Shown here: piece by piece, positions 46,531 to 56,184 of the stretch | Numbering within the stretch: position 1 is the first letter of the stretch | How the letters are laid out: the number at the start of each line of letters is the position of its first letter | Assembly (NCBI GenBank): GCA_019425015.1 | Contig: JAHYYJ010000002.1 | Location: forward strand, 118,236 to 182,235 | Origin: Collinsella sp. | GTDB taxonomy: Bacteria; Actinomycetota; Coriobacteriia; Coriobacteriales; Coriobacteriaceae | Length of the DNA: 64,000 nt | Reading direction: 5' to 3' | Position numbers and translations under genes: made by a program | Notes under the pieces: generated by a model | Database searches by the model: none | Told to the model about the DNA's origin: nothing | The model's input: the letters and a program-made list of their open reading frames with translations, nothing else

Positions 46531-48411
46531 CTAGGCAGCCTGAACAGCGGGCTGGTCCTCGTCGATAAAGAAGCGCTTGTACCACACCAGGAACACGAGC
46601 GGCGTATAGATCTTGCGCTGGAAATCGCCCTTGCCCGCAAAGTGCAGATCGAGCAGGTGCATGAGCTCGTCGGTATCGAAGAACTCGCTTGCCCACGGCG
46701 CGGTGAAGTACTCCTTGACATAGTCGTACCACTTTTGCTCGCGCAGCCAGTAGACAATCGGCACCGGGAAGCCCACCTTGGGACGGGTGGCCCACTCATC
46801 GGGCAGCGACTTGTTGGCAGCGTGGCGGAGTACCTGTTTGTTGCCGTTCTCGTTGATGCGGTAGCGGTCGGGAATGTGCTCGGCGAACTCCATGACTTTG
46901 CGGTCCAGGAAGGGCACGCGCAGCTCCAGCGAGTGCGCCATGCACATCTTGTCGGCCTTGAGCAGAATGTCGCCCGGGAGCCACATGTTCATGTCCAGGT
47001 ACTGCTTCTTGACTAGCTCGGGCTGACCCTTCACGCGCGCATAGATGGGAGCGGCAAGCTCGAAGGCGCCATCGCCGGTGTTGTACTCGGGCTTGAGCAC
47101 GCCGTCGACCTCGCGCTCCGGCCATACCAGAGCCTGTCCCAGGAACGACTTCTCGGGGATCTCGGCACCCTTGACCAGGAAGTTATGTCCCTTGAAGTAC
47201 GGCATATGCAACGCCAGGTTACCGAGCGCGCGACGGATGGGCAGCGGCACCATCTTTTTGTACTTGCGGACTGGGACCGTGTCCTCGTAGTAGGCGTAGC
47301 CGCCAAAGAGCTCGTCGGCGCCTTCGCCCGAAAGCACGACGGTGACGTCCTTGCGGGCCATCTCGGCCAAGAACCACAGCGGCACGGAAGACAGGTTGGA
47401 CTGCGGCTCGTCCATGTGATACTGGATGTCCTCAAGCGCACCGAAGAACTCGTCGGCGGTAATCATCTTGCGGACATTCTCGACGCCGAGCTTGTCAGAA
47501 AGTTCCTTGGCGTAGTTAGTCTCGTTGAAATTCTTGTAATCGAAGCCCACCGAGAAGGTCTTGTCGGGCATGAGGCAAGCGGCGATGTAGCTGGAGTCGA
47601 CGCCACCGGAGAGGAACGACGCGACCTTGACGTCGGCGATGCGATGGGCCTCGACGCTCTCGTGCACGACCTCATCCAGCTCGTCGACGTACTCCTCGAA
47701 CGGCTTCTCGACGGCAGAGTAATCGCAATCCCAGTAGCGCTCGATGTTCATCTTGCCGGTCGGGATGTCTACGGTAAAGTAATGCGCCGGCGGCAGCTTG
47801 TAGACACCCTCGAAGAAGGTCTCCTCGGTTGCCGAATACTGCAGCGTCATGTACGGACGCAGGGCCTTTTTGTTGACCGCCTTGTGGAAGTGCGGGTAGT
47901 CCAGGAAGCTCTTGATCTCGGAACCAAAGAGCACGCCCGGAGCGCCGTCACCCGCATCGGCCATGGGATAGTAGTAGAGCGGCTTGATACCAAAGATATC
48001 ACGGGCGCCAAAAAGCTTGTTCTTCTTCTTGTCCCAGATGACGAAGGCGTACATACCGCGCAAGCGATCGAGTACTGCCTCGCCCCACTCCTCGTAGCCG
48101 TGCAGAAGGCTCTCGGTGTCGGCGCCGCAGTGGAACTTGTAGCCCTTGGCCTCGAGCTCGGAACGGAGTTCTTGGAAGTTGTAGATCTCGCCGTTGAAGA
48201 CAATGACGACGCTACCGTCCTCGTTGGCCATAGGTTGGGCGCCAGCCTCGGTCAGGTCGAGGATCGACAGGCGGCGGAAGCCGAGGGCAACGCGGCCGTC
48301 GATAAACTGGCCGCCCATGTCGGGACCACGATGGACGATGCGGTCCATCATCTTGGTGAGCACCTCGGATTGGTTATCCGTCCCACCGACAAAACCGACA
48401 AAACCGCACAT
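46531..48411 (-). CDS. asnB: asparagine synthase (glutamine-hydrolysing)
   Basis: N-terminal MCGF nucleophile, GATase II domain, PP-loop SFLSGGVDSS. Confidence 0.93.
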   Translation of the reverse strand: MCGFVGFVGGTDNQSEVLTKMMDRIVHRGPDMGGQFIDGRVALGFRRLSILDLTEAGAQPMANEDGSVVIVFNGEIYNFQELRSELEAKGYKFHCGADTESLLHGYEEWGEAVLDRLRGMYAFVIWDKKKNKLFGARDIFGIKPLYYYPMADAGDGAPGVLFGSEIKSFLDYPHFHKAVNKKALRPYMTLQYSATEETFFEGVYKLPPAHYFTVDIPTGKMNIERYWDCDYSAVEKPFEEYVDELDEVVHESVEAHRIADVKVASFLSGGVDSSYIAACLMPDKTFSVGFDYKNFNETNYAKELSDKLGVENVRKMITADEFFGALEDIQYHMDEPQSNLSSVPLWFLAEMARKDVTVVLSGEGADELFGGYAYYEDTVPVRKYKKMVPLPIRRALGNLALHMPYFKGHNFLVKGAEIPEKSFLGQALVWPEREVDGVLKPEYNTGDGAFELAAPIYARVKGQPELVKKQYLDMNMWLPGDILLKADKMCMAHSLELRVPFLDRKVMEFAEHIPDRYRINENGNKQVLRHAANKSLPDEWATRPKVGFPVPIVYWLREQKWYDYVKEYFTAPWASEFFDTDELMHLLDLHFAGKGDFQRKIYTPLVFLVWYKRFFIDEDQPAVQAA

Positions 48412-48579
48412 ATACTATCCCCTCTGCTGTTGCTGGGCATCAAATCGAATCAGTAGCTTTTGAGTATACCCGAGGGTGTAAAGAGGGACGGAATGTTCAG
48501 GCAATCTCAACTGAATCAGCTCCGCGCCGACACGCGCCGGTTACCTTTAATGGATATGAGGTGAATGGGGCGATTGTTT

Positions 48580-48588
48580 TGCTATACT
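48580..48588 (+). promoter_or_regulatory. extended -10 promoter element of tRNA-Val
   Basis: TGCTATACT lies 10 nt upstream of the mature tRNA 5' end. No clear -35. Confidence 0.45.
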
Positions 48589-48598
48589 CTCTCCGCAC

Positions 48599-48674
48599 GG
48601 GCGATTGGCGCAACGGTTAGCGCAGGTGCTTTACACGCACAAGGCTGGGGGTTCGAATCCCTCATCGCCCACCA
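48599..48674 (+). tRNA. tRNA-Val (TAC)
   Basis: GGGCGATTGGCGCAACGGTTAGCGC, anticodon loop TTTACAC, GGTTCGAATCC, encoded CCA. Confidence 0.9.
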
Positions 48675-48683
48675 TTGAATTGG

Positions 48684-48711
48684 AAACGGTCCTCGCAAGG
48701 GGACCGTTTTT
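48684..48711 (+). terminator. terminator after tRNA-Val
   Basis: AAACGGTCC tcgcaag GGACCGTTT followed by TT. Confidence 0.75.
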
Positions 48712-48840
48712 GTTTGGGCCCAGCGCATGGGATTCGAACCCGACAGGGTGCGGAGCTGAGGAAACGCGAAGCGTTTTCCAGCGCAGCACGCGAGGGCCGC
48801 AGGCCCGAAGCGAGAGCGGGCGGCGCCAGCCGCACGCGAC

Positions 48841-48928
48841 ATCCCTCATCGCCCACCACTGAATTGTTAGGCCTCCAGCGATGGAGGCCTTTCTTTTTTT
48901 CAGGCCCAGCGCATGGGATTCGAACCCG
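48841..48928 (+). repeat. second copy of a ~185-bp unit: tRNA-Val 3'-end fragment, terminator, tRNA-like T-arm fragment
   Basis: 48841-48866 repeats 48657-48682 (25 of 26 nt). 48903-48928 repeats 48717-48742. Strong hairpin AGGCCTCCA gcg ATGGAGGCCT plus a T-run at 48869-48900. Confidence 0.8.
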
Positions 48929-48967
48929 CCAGCACGTCTGTCACAAAGGCCGTGGCCAGAAAATGGC

Positions 48968-49154
48968 AAAAATGAGTACTGCTACCTTGCTTACAACATA
49001 TCAAAAGATAGTATTTGCTTAAGTTACGCAACATATGTCCATTATAAGGACTAACAATTAGATCAAAATCGTGCATTCATCGCCATTTCGACTTGCCATC
49101 TGGTCTTATTAGTCCAAAATTGCTGCGACCAAATCGGTAACAGTACTCATATTT
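48968..49154. mobile_element. AT-rich 187-bp segment bounded by 14-bp inverted repeats (MITE-like remnant)
   Basis: AAAAATGAGTACTG at 48968-48981 versus CAGTACTCATATTT at 49141-49154. GC is visibly far below the surroundings. No ORF. Confidence 0.3.
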
Positions 49155-49285
49155 AATGTTTTTTGACCAGCAGGTCTCCCCGCCTTAGCAAATCTAAGGC
49201 AAAACGGGCTCCAGACCGCTGAATCATGCCACATAGGGCACGTCCGCAGTCCGGAACCCGGTCCAAATTGAGTTATTGTGCCGCG

Positions 49286-50569
49286 TTAGCCCAAGACACC
49301 CGCCAGGATCTCGATCAGACTGTCCACGTCGGATTCCTCGCAGACGAGCGGCGGCAGGAAACGCAGCGTATGGGCACCCGTAGCGTTAATCACGGCACCA
49401 GCCCCCAATGCACGGGCCACAACGTCGTGTGCATCACCCGCAGTATCGTCCAGATCGCAGCCGAGCATCAAGCCGCGGCCACGCACCTCGGTCACGTTCG
49501 GCAGCTTGGCGAGCTTTGCCTCCATATAGGCGCCTACCTTGGCAGCGTGGTCGGCATAATCGCCGCGCACGAGTGCGGAGAGCGTCGCGGCACACGCCGC
49601 GATGGCCAAGCAGCTACCGCCAAACGTCGAGCCGTGGTCGCCCGGCTTAAACACGTCGGCAATCTCCTTCTTTGCTACGACGGCACCCATGGGCACGCCA
49701 TCAGCAATGCCCTTGGCAAGGCTCATGATGTCGGGTTCCACGCCATAGGTTTGGAATGCAAACGGCTTGCCGGAGCGGAAGATGCCGCACTGGACCTCGT
49801 CGGCGATAAGCACGGCGCCCACTTCGTGTGCCAGGTCGCGCGCTGCCGCCATAAACTCCTCGGTCATGGGGTGCACACCGCTCTCGCCCTGGATCGGCTC
49901 GAGCATCACGGCACAAATTTCGCTCCCCAGCTGCTTAAAGATCGCACGCAGTTCATCGATATCGTTGGGCGTGCAGGCCACAAAGCCACCCGGCAGCGGG
50001 CGGAAACTATCCTGCAGCCAATCCTGCATGGTGGCGGCAATGGTCTCGAGCGTACGGCCGTGGAAGCCGCCGCGCATGCACACGATAGTGTTGCCGCCGT
50101 TATCGGCACGCTTGGCGTACAGGCGCGCGAGCTTCATCGAGCCCTCGTTGGCCTCGGCGCCGGAGTTGGCAAAGAAGGTCTCCCAAACCTGCTCATCCGC
50201 AGCCGGGGCACCAAGAGCAGCTGCCGTGGTCTCATCGCCGGCGGCAATGGCATCGGCAAGCACGCGTGCACCATCTAAGTCGTCGTTGGCAAGCTTGGAC
50301 AGCAGCGCCGCGACCTGTCCACGCTGCTCGATGTAGAAGTAATTGGAGACATGCATGAGCTTTTTGGTCTGTGCCTCGAGCGCCGAGAGCACAGCCGGGT
50401 CGCCATGACCTAGGCTGCACACGCCGATGCCGGCAAGAAAGTCGAGGTACTCACGACCATCGTCGCCGGTGAGCTTCATGCCGTGACCCTCGACAAACTC
50501 GACCGGAGAGCGGCCAAAGGTATGCATAACGTAATGGGATTCAAGCGATTGCTGAGCTGCAAGTGACAT
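49286..50569 (-). CDS. argD: acetylornithine aminotransferase
   Basis: Class III PLP aminotransferase (LIADEVQCGIFRSGKPFAFQ, SLAKGIADG) in an arg operon context. Confidence 0.88.
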   Translation of the reverse strand: MSLAAQQSLESHYVMHTFGRSPVEFVEGHGMKLTGDDGREYLDFLAGIGVCSLGHGDPAVLSALEAQTKKLMHVSNYFYIEQRGQVAALLSKLANDDLDGARVLADAIAAGDETTAAALGAPAADEQVWETFFANSGAEANEGSMKLARLYAKRADNGGNTIVCMRGGFHGRTLETIAATMQDWLQDSFRPLPGGFVACTPNDIDELRAIFKQLGSEICAVMLEPIQGESGVHPMTEEFMAAARDLAHEVGAVLIADEVQCGIFRSGKPFAFQTYGVEPDIMSLAKGIADGVPMGAVVAKKEIADVFKPGDHGSTFGGSCLAIAACAATLSALVRGDYADHAAKVGAYMEAKLAKLPNVTEVRGRGLMLGCDLDDTAGDAHDVVARALGAGAVINATGAHTLRFLPPLVCEESDVDSLIEILAGVLG

Positions 50570-50638
50570 GGGATGCCTTTCGTTGAGCGCCGGACGGCGC
50601 AGGCCTATGGGTGCAGAAATGGGGCGGCTGCGGATCAG

Positions 50639-51619
50639 TTAGACCGTCTGAAGCTTCTCGACCTCGTCGAGGTTCTCGGTCAGACGCGCAGCAAACGTCG
50701 AAAGCGGATGCGGATGCGTATCGAACTCGTAAGCCGTCTCGGTGGAATGGATCACGGTGCCGACGCCGGCATCGGTCAGCAGCTCCAGCAGCAGCGAGTG
50801 CGGCGTAGTACCATTAATGATGTGGGCACGAAATACGCCGGCGGTAAGCGCATCGACAGCGGCGCGTAGCTTGGGAATCATGCCTTTGTCGACCTCGCCC
50901 CCATAGAGCATCTCATTAACCTCGTCGAGCGTCAGGTTGGAGATGAGCGAATCCTTGTCGCTAAAGTCCTTATACAGGCCATCGACATCGGTCAAAAAGA
51001 TCGCCTTGTGCGCGTGGAGCGCCGCGGCAACAGCACCGGCAGCGGTGTCGGCGTTGATGTTGAAGAAACCGCCGTCCTCCCCCGCCGCGACGGTAGCGAT
51101 GACGGGGATGTACTCACTATCGAGTAAGCGCTCGATATAGTCGGTGTTGACGTGCGTCACTTTGCCCACACGACCGAGTTCGGGGTCGAGCGGCTCGGCG
51201 ATGAGCGTACCGGCATCGCTGCCCGACACGCCCACGGCCAGGTTTCCGTGGTGGTTGAGCGCCGCGACCAGCTCCTGGTTGACCTTACCGCCCAGCACCT
51301 CGCGCACGATATCCATGGTGGCAGGCGTGGTCACACGCTGGCCGTTCTTAAACTCGACGGGAATATCGTAATGGCTCAGCGCCTCGTTGATAGCCTTGCC
51401 GCCGCCGTGCACGATGACGGGGCGCATACCGATGATCTTGAGCAAAACGATGTCGCTCATCACGTCGCGGCGCAGTTGCTCGTCGACCATGGCGGCACCA
51501 CCGTACTTGATAACGACCGTCTTACCGGTCAGGTTCTTAATCCACGGCAGCGCCTCGAACAGCAGCTGCGCGGTAACTTCGTTGGATTCGCTCGAGCGAC
51601 AATCGCGTGCGAACTTCAT
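50639..51619 (-). CDS. argB: acetylglutamate kinase
   Basis: ORF 50639..51691. LPWIKNLTGKTVVIKYGGAAM, VHGGG. Start at ATG 51619 after GAGG. Confidence 0.9.
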   Translation of the reverse strand: MKFARDCRSSESNEVTAQLLFEALPWIKNLTGKTVVIKYGGAAMVDEQLRRDVMSDIVLLKIIGMRPVIVHGGGKAINEALSHYDIPVEFKNGQRVTTPATMDIVREVLGGKVNQELVAALNHHGNLAVGVSGSDAGTLIAEPLDPELGRVGKVTHVNTDYIERLLDSEYIPVIATVAAGEDGGFFNINADTAAGAVAAALHAHKAIFLTDVDGLYKDFSDKDSLISNLTLDEVNEMLYGGEVDKGMIPKLRAAVDALTAGVFRAHIINGTTPHSLLLELLTDAGVGTVIHSTETAYEFDTHPHPLSTFAARLTENLDEVEKLQTV

Positions 51620-51700
51620 AGTCTGCCTCGTCTTTCGTGTAGCTATTGCGCCGTACCTCGTTGCCCGCGATTGCAGCGGGACGCGCGGCACATCGGGAGC

Positions 51701-52969
51701 CTAGGAACGGTAGTCACCGTTAATGGAGATGTACTCGTGCGTGAGGTCGCAGGTCCACACGGTGGTCGCCGTGTCCCCTGCGCCCAGGTCGGCCGAGATC
51801 ACAATCTCGGGCGCCTCAAAACGTCGCAGGGCCTCGTCCTCGTCAAAGGGAACAGTCAGGCCGTCGCGACAGACAGGCATGCCCATCATGTCAATGGAAA
51901 CGTCTTCCTGATTAAACTTCACGCCGCACTTGCCGAGCGCCATGGCAACGCGGCCCCAGTTACAGTCGTGGCCGGCGATGCAGGTCTTGACGAGCGGTGA
52001 GTTGGCGACGGCACGGGCGGCGATATCGGCCTCCTCGTCGTTCACGGCGCCGGTGACGTTAACCGTCACGAGCTTGGACGCGCCCTCGCCATCTGCGGCG
52101 ATGTTGCGCGCCAGGCTCTCGCACACCTCATGCACGGCAAAGGCCAGCTCGTCGAAGGCGTCAGAGCCCTCGACAATAGGCTCGGCATCTGCGGCAGCGG
52201 CGCCGGATGCAAGCATGATGCAGGTGTCGTTAGTCGAGGTGTCGGAATCGACCGTTACCTTGTTGAAGGTCTGCTTGACGGTGGAGAGCAACAGGGCGTG
52301 GAGCGCCGCAGGCTCGACGGGGGCATCGGTGGTGATGACTGCGATCATGGTGGCCATGTTGGGCATGATCATGCCCGAACCTTTGCACATACCGCCCACC
52401 GTATAGACATTGCCTGCGTGCCCCACGGCCTCGCTGCGGTAACACACGGCATACTCCTTGGAGTGCGTGTCGGTCGTCATGATAGCGCGGGCGGCGTCGG
52501 CGCCACCGTGGGCGGAGAGCGCCTCGTAGGCGGCAGGAACGGCAGTCTCAAACGTGTCGATCGGCAGAATCTGGCCAATCACGCCCGTGGAGGCGACCAG
52601 AATCTGCTGGGGCTCGCAGCCGATGACCTGCGAGGCGATGTTGCAGGTCTCGCGCGCGCAGGCAAGACCGGTCTCACCCGTGGCGGCGTTGGCATTGCCA
52701 GAGTTGACCGAAACGCCGGCGATGATACCGTAGCCCTTGTCGGCACCGCCCAGATGGGCACGGCTCACCTGCACGGGCGCCGCGCAAAAGCGATTGGTGG
52801 TAAACACGCCGGCACCGGGACAGGGTTTATCGGGCACGACGAGCGCGTAATCCAGGCGCTCGGGATTCTTGCGGAACCCAGCGTGGATGCCTGCAGCTTT
52901 AAAACCAGCCGCAGCCGTAACGCCACCCTCGACGGCGCGAATCTTGATATCAAACAGCTCTGTATTCAT
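51701..52969 (-). CDS. argJ: bifunctional glutamate N-acetyltransferase/amino-acid acetyltransferase
   Basis: GVTAAAGFKAAG and the autoprocessing site PNMATMIAV. Confidence 0.92.
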   Translation of the reverse strand: MNTELFDIKIRAVEGGVTAAAGFKAAGIHAGFRKNPERLDYALVVPDKPCPGAGVFTTNRFCAAPVQVSRAHLGGADKGYGIIAGVSVNSGNANAATGETGLACARETCNIASQVIGCEPQQILVASTGVIGQILPIDTFETAVPAAYEALSAHGGADAARAIMTTDTHSKEYAVCYRSEAVGHAGNVYTVGGMCKGSGMIMPNMATMIAVITTDAPVEPAALHALLLSTVKQTFNKVTVDSDTSTNDTCIMLASGAAAADAEPIVEGSDAFDELAFAVHEVCESLARNIAADGEGASKLVTVNVTGAVNDEEADIAARAVANSPLVKTCIAGHDCNWGRVAMALGKCGVKFNQEDVSIDMMGMPVCRDGLTVPFDEDEALRRFEAPEIVISADLGAGDTATTVWTCDLTHEYISINGDYRS

Positions 52970-53104
52970 CGTCCTTACGACTCCTTATATCAAACAAAAA
53001 AACGGGCATCAGATGGCACGCCACACCAGCCGCAATCACTAGACCAGCTTAAAAGTGGCGCCCCACTCGATGCCCGACTGCCAAATCGTCAACAATCGAA
53101 TGTG

Positions 53105-54175
53105 CTACACCGGGCACGCCACTGTGGGCAAGCCTCGTCGCTCGTCAAAACCAAAGACGATGTTGGCGCACTGGACCGCCTGACCGGCAGCACCCTTGCA
53201 CAGATTGTCGATCGCTCCCGTCGCCACCAGCACGCCCGCGCGCTTGTTGAGTGCAAGGCCGATCTGGGCAGCATTGGTGCCGACGACCGAGGCCGTCTTG
53301 GGCTGCTGGCCGGCATCGAGCACGCGCACAAAGGTGCGACCGGCGTAGAACTGCTTGTAATGGTCGACGACATCCTCAAGGGTCAAGGTATCGATAGCCT
53401 GCGGCGTAAGCGGCATCGTCGCCGTAGAGAGCAGACCGCGCTTGAGCGGTGCCAGGTGCGGGGTAAAGACGACGCGATCGGTTAGACCCAAGATCTGCTC
53501 GATTTCGGGCGTGTGACGATGCTTGCCCACGCCATAGGCCTCCAGGTTTTCGTCCGCGCTGCAAAAATGCGTACGGGCGTTGCAGGACTTACCGGCACCC
53601 GTTACACCGCTGATAGCGTCAACGATCACGGGGCCGCTCTGGGCAACCCAGCCGGCGCGCACGGCAGGAGCGGCAGCAAGGCTCGTTGCGGTGGGATAGC
53701 AGCCGGCGCAGGCGACCAAAACGGGCTTTCCGGCGGCATGACTGGAAGCAGCGGTCTCTAAGTCCTGGCAGAACAGCTCGGGCAGGCCGAAGGCACGTGT
53801 CTTGAGCAGCTCGGGGCTCGTGTGCTCGGCGGCATACCATGCCTCAAAGACGGACGGGTCGCTCAGACGGTAATCGGCCGAAAGATCAAAGCAGGAAACG
53901 CCCGCGGCAAGCAGGGCGGGCACCTGTGCCATGGCAGCCGTGTGCGGCACGGCAAGAAAAACCGCATCGCAGCTCTTGAGCTCGGGGGCGTCATGCGTGG
54001 TGAAAACCAGATCGCTCACGCCAGTAAAACTCGGATACACCGCGGACAGCGGCTGGCCGGCATCGGCGTTGGACGTAATGGCAACAAGTTCAAACTCGGG
54101 ATGACCGAGCACGAGGCGAATGAGCTCGGCTCCGGCATATCCAGCCGCGCCGACGATTTCAACCTTCAAAGACAT
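53105..54175 (-). CDS. argC: N-acetyl-gamma-glutamyl-phosphate reductase
   Basis: VGAAGYAGAELIRLL-type NAD motif and active-site CAGCYPT. Confidence 0.92.
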   Translation of the reverse strand: MSLKVEIVGAAGYAGAELIRLVLGHPEFELVAITSNADAGQPLSAVYPSFTGVSDLVFTTHDAPELKSCDAVFLAVPHTAAMAQVPALLAAGVSCFDLSADYRLSDPSVFEAWYAAEHTSPELLKTRAFGLPELFCQDLETAASSHAAGKPVLVACAGCYPTATSLAAAPAVRAGWVAQSGPVIVDAISGVTGAGKSCNARTHFCSADENLEAYGVGKHRHTPEIEQILGLTDRVVFTPHLAPLKRGLLSTATMPLTPQAIDTLTLEDVVDHYKQFYAGRTFVRVLDAGQQPKTASVVGTNAAQIGLALNKRAGVLVATGAIDNLCKGAAGQAVQCANIVFGFDERRGLPTVACPV

Positions 54176-54260
54176 ATCAGACTCCTTGCCTGCGATTTAT
54201 GCACCGATGCGCATTTCGCAGCGGTCGTTATGAAGTGGGTTGAAACTATAGCACCAAAAG

Positions 54261-54297
54261 ATGCATGAATACGTAAATAGCTTGCATATTCATGCAT
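54261..54297 (-). promoter_or_regulatory. putative ArgR operator (ARG-box-like palindrome) upstream of argC
   Basis: ATGCATGAATacgtaaatagcttgcATATTCATGCAT. Further TGCAT/ATGCA-rich repeats at 54191-54220. Confidence 0.5.
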
Positions 54298-54344
54298 TGA
54301 AACAGTCACGACACATTCACTCAAAGGAATTGACAAATAAACAC

Positions 54345-54395
54345 GGGCCCCATATTGCCGAGTGCACCTTACGGTGACGTTGCAATGTGGGGCCC
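54345..54395 (-). terminator. hairpin after the PNPOx-like genes
   Basis: GGGCCCCATATTGC ... GCAATGTGGGGCCC. Confidence 0.45.
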
Positions 54396-54441
54396 GCTAC
54401 ATGCGAGAATTTGAATTGCCGAAGCTTGCTGAGAGACTCGT

Positions 54442-54852
54442 TTAGAACTCGACCGGCACCCATTCGTCATGGTTGCAGATAAAGGCCTCGGGTTCCTCCA
54501 CGCTAAAGAAGACGAGCGTGGGATCGTCTGCGCCCTCGTAGTGCTCGCCTAGGCGCTCCAGGTGCTTCCAGCCTGCCTCGCGCATTTCGCTCGAAGCCCG
54601 GTCTTCCAGCCCCGCACGCCCGCGCAGAATCAACCAACCATGGCCCGGCCACCAACTCGTGGCCTCAAAGCGCTGGTTTTGCAGAAGCTCCTGCCACACA
54701 TCTTTGGTGCGCGCTGTCACAAACCACAGCTTGCCGTCCTGAATCTGCGCAAACGAGAACGGACGCACATGCGGCTGCCCGTCCACGCTCGTCGCCAGAT
54801 ACCACGCAGGCACCGACGTCAGATACTCCAGCACCGTATTCAATCCGTCCAC
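54442..54852 (-). CDS. pyridoxamine 5'-phosphate oxidase-family (FMN-binding split-barrel) protein
   Basis: ORF 54442..54897. PAWYLATSVDGQPHVRPFSF...GKLWFVT. Start at GTG 54852 after AGGAGGAA. Confidence 0.75.
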   Translation of the reverse strand: MDGLNTVLEYLTSVPAWYLATSVDGQPHVRPFSFAQIQDGKLWFVTARTKDVWQELLQNQRFEATSWWPGHGWLILRGRAGLEDRASSEMREAGWKHLERLGEHYEGADDPTLVFFSVEEPEAFICNHDEWVPVEF

Positions 54853-54906
54853 GTTTCCTCCTGTCGCCTGACCAGTCTTTTTGCAATGGGTAGTCAATTT
54901 GGGAAA

Positions 54907-55353
54907 TCAGAGCTCGAGGCGCTCTTCGCTGCCGTCGATATCGCAGAACCGTGCGGCGATGTTGCGGACCGAGAAGAATGCAAGGCGGCCGTCGTTGGCG
55001 CTATCGTGTTGCTCGCCAATGCCCACCATGTGCCTAAAGCCCGCCTGACGCACTTTGTCGCTCACGACTGCATCGTCCTCGAGCGCGGCCTCGCCGGTCA
55101 GCACAATCCAACACTCCCCCGGTTTCCAACCCGAAACCTCAAACTTGGGGTTCGCGCTGAGCTCGGCCCACACGTCCTTATCGCGCGAGGTGCAAAACCA
55201 CAGCTTGCCATCATCGACCACGGCAAACGAGAACGGCCTCACGCGCGGCTGATGTCCGTCCGTCACGTCGATCGTGGCGAGATACCACGCCGGAATACGC
55301 CTAAGATACGAACAGGCGCGCTCGAGCTGCGCCGTGCGGTCGTTGTCGGTCAT
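54907..55353 (-). CDS. pyridoxamine 5'-phosphate oxidase-family protein (tandem paralog)
   Basis: PAWYLATIDVTDGHQPRVRPFSF...GKLWFCT. Confidence 0.75.
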   Translation of the reverse strand: MTDNDRTAQLERACSYLRRIPAWYLATIDVTDGHQPRVRPFSFAVVDDGKLWFCTSRDKDVWAELSANPKFEVSGWKPGECWIVLTGEAALEDDAVVSDKVRQAGFRHMVGIGEQHDSANDGRLAFFSVRNIAARFCDIDGSEERLEL

Positions 55354-55383
55354 AGGGACCCCTTTCCTGCGCTCGAATCGCGC

Positions 55384-56184
55384 CTAAACAAGTTGAAGAT
55401 TGATGACGATGACGCAGATGAGCAGCAACGCCGTCACCACCGCCGCCAACGCATCGCCACGGCCAAATGCAAGCGCATGCAGACGCGTGCGGCCCTGCTC
55501 GCCATGATAGCAACGGGAATCCATGGCGGCAGACAACGTCTCGGCATGACGGAACACACCCGTGAACAGCGGAATCGCCACACTGCCAAGCATACGCACG
55601 CCGCCGAGCGGGCCTCCCGTCACGCGCGCGCCGCGGCTCGCCTGTGCATCGGCCGTCTGCTTCATCTCGGTGGCAAACTGCGGCATAAAGCGCAGCGCGA
55701 TACCCATAATCATGCCGAGCTCGTGCGCGGGAAGTCCCACACGCGCAAACGGCGCGAGCAGGCGCTCAAAGCCCGCGGTGAGGTCGAGCGTCGGTGTGGT
55801 GAGCGTAATGGCGCTCATGCCGGCCATCATCAAGGTCAGGCGGCACGCCATAAAGGCGGCGGAATGCAGCGAGCCCTCGCTTATCTGCAAAAAGCCGAGC
55901 TGCCACAGAATGCGCCCGCTCTGGTCGGAAAACAGGTTGAGCACTGCGACCACCGCGACGATTGCCAGCAGCGGCGCCATCGATGACAGGACGCGACGAG
56001 CCGGCACCCGGGACACGGTATAGATCAGGACAACGAAGATTGCGACCGGGGCCAGCCCGCGGAAGCTGCCGACCGTGAGCGTCGTGATCAGAAACACAAA
56101 GCCCAAGAGCAACTTAGTTCGCGGGTCCAGGCGGTGGATTGCACTATCGCCGGGATAGTAGCTGCCAAACGAAAACGCCTCCAT
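55384..56184 (-). CDS. ecfT: ECF transporter transmembrane component EcfT
   Basis: IHRLDPRTKLLL and ...MPQFATEMKQTADAQASRGA coupling-helix region. Confidence 0.88.
   Translation of the reverse strand: MEAFSFGSYYPGDSAIHRLDPRTKLLLGFVFLITTLTVGSFRGLAPVAIFVVLIYTVSRVPARRVLSSMAPLLAIVAVVAVLNLFSDQSGRILWQLGFLQISEGSLHSAAFMACRLTLMMAGMSAITLTTPTLDLTAGFERLLAPFARVGLPAHELGMIMGIALRFMPQFATEMKQTADAQASRGARVTGGPLGGVRMLGSVAIPLFTGVFRHAETLSAAMDSRCYHGEQGRTRLHALAFGRGDALAAVVTALLLICVIVINLQLV

Noticed and set aside
48717-48806. Minus-strand tRNA gene suggested by GGGTTCGAATCCC
   Set aside because: The T-stem has only 3 good pairs. No D-arm or anticodon arm can be folded from the adjacent sequence, and the acceptor partner is imperfect. 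It is treated as a tRNA-like fragment only.
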